Positions 57,501 to 64,000 of a stretch of DNA of 64,000 bases are shown here, in pieces. The DNA comes from Hamiltosporidium tvaerminnensis FI-OER-3-3. Lineage: Eukaryota > Fungi > Microsporidia. Both the position numbers and the translations under genes were made by a program. The stretch's first letter is position 1; each line of letters opens with the position of its first letter. The notes under the pieces are model-generated. The model saw only the letters and a program-made list of their open reading frames with translations, searched no databases and was not told the DNA's origin. The stretch is from assembly GCA_022605425.2 (NCBI GenBank), contig JAKIMF020000001.1, positions 1,240,001-1,304,000 on the forward strand. Reading direction: 5' to 3'.

Positions 57501-59348
57501 CGTAATAATACACTTAAAATAGTATCTTCTTATCATAATTCAGCAATTTCCTTGGGGAACTTGTTTATATGATTACTTGCTGCTTGTGGCTTTCAGTTTG
57601 AATGAATCTTGCAAATACTGAAGGTACAGATACTGTTTCTAGTTTGGATATAATTGTGAGAATTATTAACAGATGTAGTGAATATTACCCTTGAAAGCCT
57701 CATTTTTCGCAAAATACGTTTTTTGCTTGAAACTCAACAAATACAATGGATTTTTAAAGTGTCTGATAATAAAAATATAGCCGATTCACGTTATTATTTG
57801 ATTTCTTATCAGCAGTGTATTTACAGAATTAAGGATAATTCTAACTATTCAATCAAATAATTATTTAAAAATAGCAATATATCGGAGAATATATAACTGT
57901 AATGGATGATTTTCTTATACAAAGTAATTGCCTAGGCACAACAGCCATGCAAATTACAGGCAAAAAAGTAATTATTTAATCATTTAGTAGGTTTGTATAG
58001 GCAAAAAAATACACTTAGAAAAATATGTAATTTTTATTAGAATTAATTTTTTTATATCAAGGAGATATATTGAACTTACATTTATAAGCCATGATTAATT
58101 TAAATTGAATAAAGATACATTGTGTGTAAAAAATCTGAGCAATTCAACGTTCTCTGAATTTTTTACTAAATATCCAGAGAACTATTTCGCTGGTATTTGA
58201 AAGTATACGGAATCAAATCGTTTATTTAAAATTTAGAATTGGATTTTATCATTTACAAACAAATTTTTTTAACAATCAGACAATAGAATCGGAAAATTAT
58301 GGTTTTAAAGATTAAAATGTCAATTTAGGTTCTAAAAAAAGAAGACAAAACATATAAATATGATGTACCTAAAAGCCAAAAAATTTTAACAAAAACAAAG
58401 ACCAGAAGTAACTTTTACGAAATTACATCTCTTGACAACAATATGATTAGTAAATGTTTCTTTTAAACCTATATTAATCATCTATCAGTGTAATATTTCC
58501 AGCATTTTAATGACAAAATTTTTGTGATCATTTTTTTATTTACTAATGTCTTTTCTATTTATTAGAGTTATATATAATATGAAAGCCGAGAACGAAAATA
58601 AAAGGTATCAAGAATGGAGTTTAGTATGAAATATCCGTTTAGTATATTGAATTATTTAATATTTTTTTTTGAAATAAAATTCGCAATGATTATAGTTTCG
58701 ACAATATATTCAATAAAAAAATAAATCAAAAAAGAACTATAAATATAGGATAATTTATTGGCAGAAAATAATTGTTTTGTCATTTTATTAAATAAAATCA
58801 AACGTAGAAAGGTTTATGATATGAAATAGTTTCGTTAGATATTTATATTTTAACTAAATTGGAGTATAAAGTACTTTAAATTTAATTTAGGTCTCTAGTT
58901 TCAAAAATTATTTCTTAAGTTAACAAATATCTAAATACAAACAGGTTAGATTTGTTACTAGTGAATTAAATTTAAATGATTCTAAATTCTTAATACTGAG
59001 AGGTCATAATCAAAGAAAATATTCGATATTACCAGAATATTTGCTACTTATTAAATTTATTTTTTAAAATAAGAAAAAAACTAGGTCTTATCTTAAAACG
59101 ATTTCATTTTTTGATGTTTTTTATGTATATTAATACTATGTGGTCAACTTCATGTATCACTCATTCAAAGACAACACCTTAAAACTTTTCCCCTATGTCT
59201 AAAACCATAATATAAGCATTTGAACTTTGGTTCTAGAAGAAAAAACAGATTTTAATTAATGTACTTTTTTTAAAAAAATTCAAAGGTCTAGAACTCAAAA
59301 GTAATTTATTTTTGACAGAATCGTTTTATCCAAATATATTATATCAGA

Positions 59349-61620
59349 ATGAATTATGGAGTTATACTTATTTTAAACAATATATTCGATATAAGAGCAA
59401 TCGTTTCTTGCAATATCTACTTGAAAAAATATCTTTATTATGGCAATAATTTCGATAGCGATTTAAAAACACTAAAATTTCAAACAGAAAAAAATTCTTC
59501 CGATGAAGAGACATGTACTTACAATCTTAGAAAAAGGATTAAATTAGAAACAAATAAACCGGTTGATTATTCAAAATATCAATTATTTACACTAAATGAC
59601 GTTGAAAGTTTACCGTTCGTTTTTAATAAACTTAAGAAAAATGGTAATGGCACTGTTTATGAAGGTGATATTATATTAGAAAATATAATCTACAGTGATT
59701 TTGTTTTTTTTTATGAGTTTATTATGAATTTTTATATTCCTTTGAAAAAATTATCTGCGTCTGAATTCGAATCTGTTTTAAATATCATGGTGATTTTGGA
59801 ATTTGTGGAGAATTATAAGTTGATAAAATTTCTTGAAAATATAATATTTTTTTCTATTTTTAATATTGAAACACTTAATGATATGTTAATCACATAAAAT
59901 ATAGGAAAATTTGGAGCGGGATAAAGTTTTTTAATTTAGGGGAATTGCTTGCGAAAGCTTTTTTTCGTTTAACCTTTCAAAATGATAATTTATATCCAAG
60001 TTTCGTTTTACGGGAAAAGAAGGCAGATCCACATAGTCCCTTGAATTTTGATTTTTTTCATTGTATTATACTTCAAAATTGTTTGGATAAAAATTTTATT
60101 TTAAAATTGGCTAATGATATGTGTTTTTTAGATCAACTCAGAGTGATTTTTAGTTTTAATTAATGAAAAAAATATGTTTATATGAATTAGGTAGTACACA
60201 CATTTCCGTTAAAAATCTTCTGCTCGTAATTTCAAATCATCTAGAAAGAATAGAATTATTTTCTTCTAAAATTAATATTGAAATGTTAAACTTTTTAAAC
60301 CAAAAAGATATTTTGGTCAGTTTGAAGTCAATTTATTTTTTGAATCCAATTAATAAAATTTCTGAATGTGCTTTCACAGGATTTAATAATAATTTAGAAG
60401 TATCGTTTTCTAAGAATCTCAACGATTTTATAGTTTTAAAACCCGAACACGAGAATATGACATTATTTGGTATCTTTCATACTAAATTCGATAAAAATTT
60501 CCGAAAGAATATTATTTTGTCTGAAAACTTTGAATATAGTTTCGATTCTAATGAAAGCAATGTAAATATTGATTTAGATAGTTTTAAAAATGATGAAATG
60601 GTTAAATTATTTTATATTGTCTCTAATAATAATATATATATAGAAAAAACAATATATTTTGTCAATGAATGTAACGAAAAAGATTCTTTCATATTGATTT
60701 ATAATGGCATAAAAAAGAGTGACTTCGAATTTTTCAAACCATGGGATCGACCAATTCAATCCATAAGAATATATGGTTGTTTTTTAGAAACCGATGATTT
60801 ATTCCAAATTATACGTTTTAAATCTCTAAAGACAATGCACATAGAAAACTCGATTCTAATAAATAATTTAAAGGAGCCTATATTTCACGATAATAATATT
60901 GAAACTGTTTCTTTTAAAAGTAACATTATTTACAATTTGGATTTATTTTTTTCTTTCTTAGATTCCTTTAAATTAAATACGAGGTTTAAATTGGATATAA
61001 AACAGAATTCTAGTATTGGTTTAGAAAATTGAACATTTAGTAACAAAATATTTAACGCTTTTTTATTGTTTAAAGATCTGAAAAATGAAAATTTTGCAAT
61101 AACTATCGAGAAATCAAATTATATTACTCTTATAATTCATTTTAAAATATTGCTTGATAAATTAAATAATATTTTTTCTGCTGAGGTAAACTCACAAATG
61201 TCAACTTTAAATCTTTACGATTGTGAGATTCTTAAAAATTCTCGATTGAGTCTAAATAGATTTAAGAATTTAAGAAATCTCGAATTGAGTGCTTCAAAAC
61301 AAGAAATAAACTTTTATCAACTGTTCGATCTAGCTTGGGGTCAAATACTAGCAAGGATTGAATTGAAAAATTTCAAAATTGAACAAAGAGATATAATTCG
61401 CATTTTTTTATTTAAGAACTTGGTTTTTTTAAAGTTTTCTAATTGTAATTTTGCTGAAAATATACAAAAATGTTTTAAAAGGAAAAAAGGTTGTTGTTTG
61501 AAACGTTTAATTTTATCATTTAACCCCGAAGTTAATTATAAAGAATTGTCAAATTATTTATTTAAAGAATTTAATAATATATTTTCTTTGGAGATTTATC
61601 ATCCGGTACCTCCAAATTAA
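59349..61620 (+). pseudogene. Disrupted lineage-specific leucine-rich-repeat-like gene (~750 codons)
   Basis: Four abutting same-strand ORFs with frame changes near 59900-59945 and 60163 and an in-frame TGA at 61030. LxxLxL motifs: FKSLKTMHI, FKNLRNLELS, FKNLVFLKFSNCNF, LKRLILS; AATAAA after the end. Confidence 0.7.
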
Positions 61621-64000
61621 TATTTTCTATATTTTATAAAAATTTCGACTTTTTTTATTTTAGAATTAAATAAAAATCAATTTGTTTCTTTATATTTTCA
61701 ATTCTTAGATCGGTAAAAAAAACATTCAATATAGAGAGATTTGCTTGTTATCTTTTTTATCCTCTTTGTTTAAAATGACGTGTTTTTTATATCTATATAA
61801 TTTCTATCGTTATTCTTAATCATTTTTAGTAAAAATTAAAAATAACGTTCATTTTGTATTAAGTTAAAGTGTATTGACACTTAGTTCTAATTAGTTTATG
61901 TATGTAAAGATATTAAAGCTTGTTCAAATACCTCTCTTGTTGTATTTAATTAGTTACTATAATTCCCGCATCTAGTCTAATGTGTTGATTAGTAGCCGTA
62001 ATTTTCTTCTTAATAAAAAAATTGGAATATCGTCATACCACTAAGCACCCATAACCTGTCTTTTGACGGGATTTAAACTTTTCAAATATAAAATTTAGGT
62101 AGTTTCTTAGTTTTTGATTGTGTGACTAGGCGAACTTTTCTCATTATTAATATAAAATCAATATTATAGTTTTAACTTTTGAGTTATATGCTCTAGTTTT
62201 GAATAATACTCAATTATATGTAAATATATCGCATGATCAAATAATCCCGGATAATTTTATTATTTTATCAAGGCTTTTTCATTAAAAATTTTGATATGCC
62301 TGTTTCATAACACATTTTTTCCGTTTAATTAGATTGTTAAAAAGACTTCGGGTTGTAAATTAAATCAAAATATTTGCGAATTAAATTTCCAAAAGTTACT
62401 AAAATTTCAAATATGAATGTATTTTTGGTGGCGAACTGGAAACACAATTGTAAGATTCTTTGAAATGCATAATAACTTAACTCTGTCGAGTTACAGTCCC
62501 TTGGAGAGCTTGCGCTTTTTTAATTCAAATACATATTTGTTCATATCCAAGGGAAATTATTTTATTAATTTTACCTCGAAAAAATCAAAACAACTAATAG
62601 TAAATGAAAAAAATATTGGTGAAGAGTATCTAAAATTGCTTAAGGTTATATTTTACGGGAATACAGATGCCACAACTGGTGATGATAATAATCTATTAAA
62701 CGATAAAATAGAAGGACATGTGCTAAAGATGAAGATAAAATTATTTTAAAATATATTGTAAACGGAAAAGAATCAGATTACACCTGAGCTGATAAAAATA
62801 GGTTAGAAAGAAGAATTTGCCCGTGGCGATCTTTAGCATAGTTTGAATCTATACATATAAGAATGCATCCGAAAGAAATTCACTTTTCAATATTTATAGA
62901 GAAGAAAAAAGCTCAACAGTAAGTCTAAAAAGTAAGTTTTAGTGTTGTAACGTTTAAGTGTTGGTTTCTTTGATAATAGACTATAGCGTTATAATAAATG
63001 GAAAAATTGCACAATAAAAGAAGATAGAAAGGTTATCAAAAGGTCATTGCAGTTTGTCTCAATATAAATTAGATGAAATGGTTACTTTTTATATGGAAAG
63101 TGCATATTATAGCAAAATTTTAATTTTCTACTTGTTAAATGACATCTCCGGGACTAATATCATAAAATATGATCGAAATAATATATTGAAATCTTACATT
63201 GATCCGTTTTAATGAAATAATTTCATAAAAGACAACACTTCAAAAGCATTAATATGATTTTTTTACCGTAATATTTGCGATAAATTGTTCGAAAACAGCC
63301 AAAAATGTCATAACCCAGGCACGTAATATACTTTAGAAGAACTCTTATTTTCGAGTAAATATAGATTTATATTTGCAGCAATACTGCCAAAGAGGCCTTG
63401 TTAGGTTATGAATAAATTTGTGCCAAGTATCGAACATCGAACGCAAATAAACGGTAAAAGCACCACCTTTCATATATCAGAAAAAACAAAAATAGGACTT
63501 TTTCGAAACTACTTTGTAAATATTTCGGGTTTAAACTTAAGTGGTTGTCTACATGGCGTTGTAAAATCGTAACGAAAGATAGCTTTTTGACGAAGAAAAC
63601 TCTTAGCAACACAAGTGTTGCACAAAAACACCTCGAGTTAGAAATACGAAAAGAGAGAATTAAAAATATATTTGATGCTAAAAATGATGATATAGTAATG
63701 CTTTATTCGAAAATTATTAAACTGCTATTGATATCTTACAAATGTAGAAGTTTATATAAAATGTACATTTACATACTTGCCAAGATTAATTTGTAACTGG
63801 GAAAAAATAATAAATCTTTAACAATAACCAGTTTCATAGTAAAATAGAGTGTATTTTGGTGTGACATGACTGATCAAGTGACAATGAAATATACCACAGA
63901 ACCCAAATCTTGCGGATGGTTGATTTAAGCACTTTTTAATCTTCTTAATTTAGCATTTATAGATTCACGTATTTTGTACATTCAATCAACAAGAAAAATA

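Noticed and set aside
55000-64000. Short ORFs at 57162, 57678, 62417 and 63545
   Set aside because: Possibly decayed gene fragments but no recognisable motif; cannot be supported

Overview
AT-rich, apparently intron-free, gene-sparse eukaryotic DNA. CCC-like motifs just before several start codons, abundant non-LTR retroelement debris and an LRR-like lineage-specific gene point to a large-genome microsporidian, probably Hamiltosporidium-like (inference, no search run). There are four zones. (1) 1-31 kb: five co-oriented paralogues of a ~171-aa helical protein that aligns by eye with the ferritin fold and looks L-chain-like. They alternate between two subtypes (A-B-A-B-A) and share a promoter with fixed spacing (ATCTAGAT palindrome at about -59, TATA at about -29). 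Three are disrupted, and decayed retroelements separate them. (2) 31.9-41.2 kb: a RhoGAP gene, a near full-length dead RLE-type (R4/Dong-like) non-LTR element and a very decayed APE-RT (RTE-like) element. (3) 41.25-54.4 kb: three housekeeping genes (DEAH helicase, PAP2 lipid phosphate phosphatase, proteasome beta-1) plus a small SNAPC5-like gene. The three housekeeping genes are flanked and invaded in-frame by telomere-like repeats (GGGTGTTA/TAACACCC and TTAGGG/TAACCC). Almost every insertion or intergenic array runs G-rich half first and C-rich half second, the geometry of an end-to-end telomere fusion. This bipolar repeat system is the strongest candidate for undescribed biology. (4) 55-64 kb: a broken LRR-like gene and uninterpretable AT-rich DNA.
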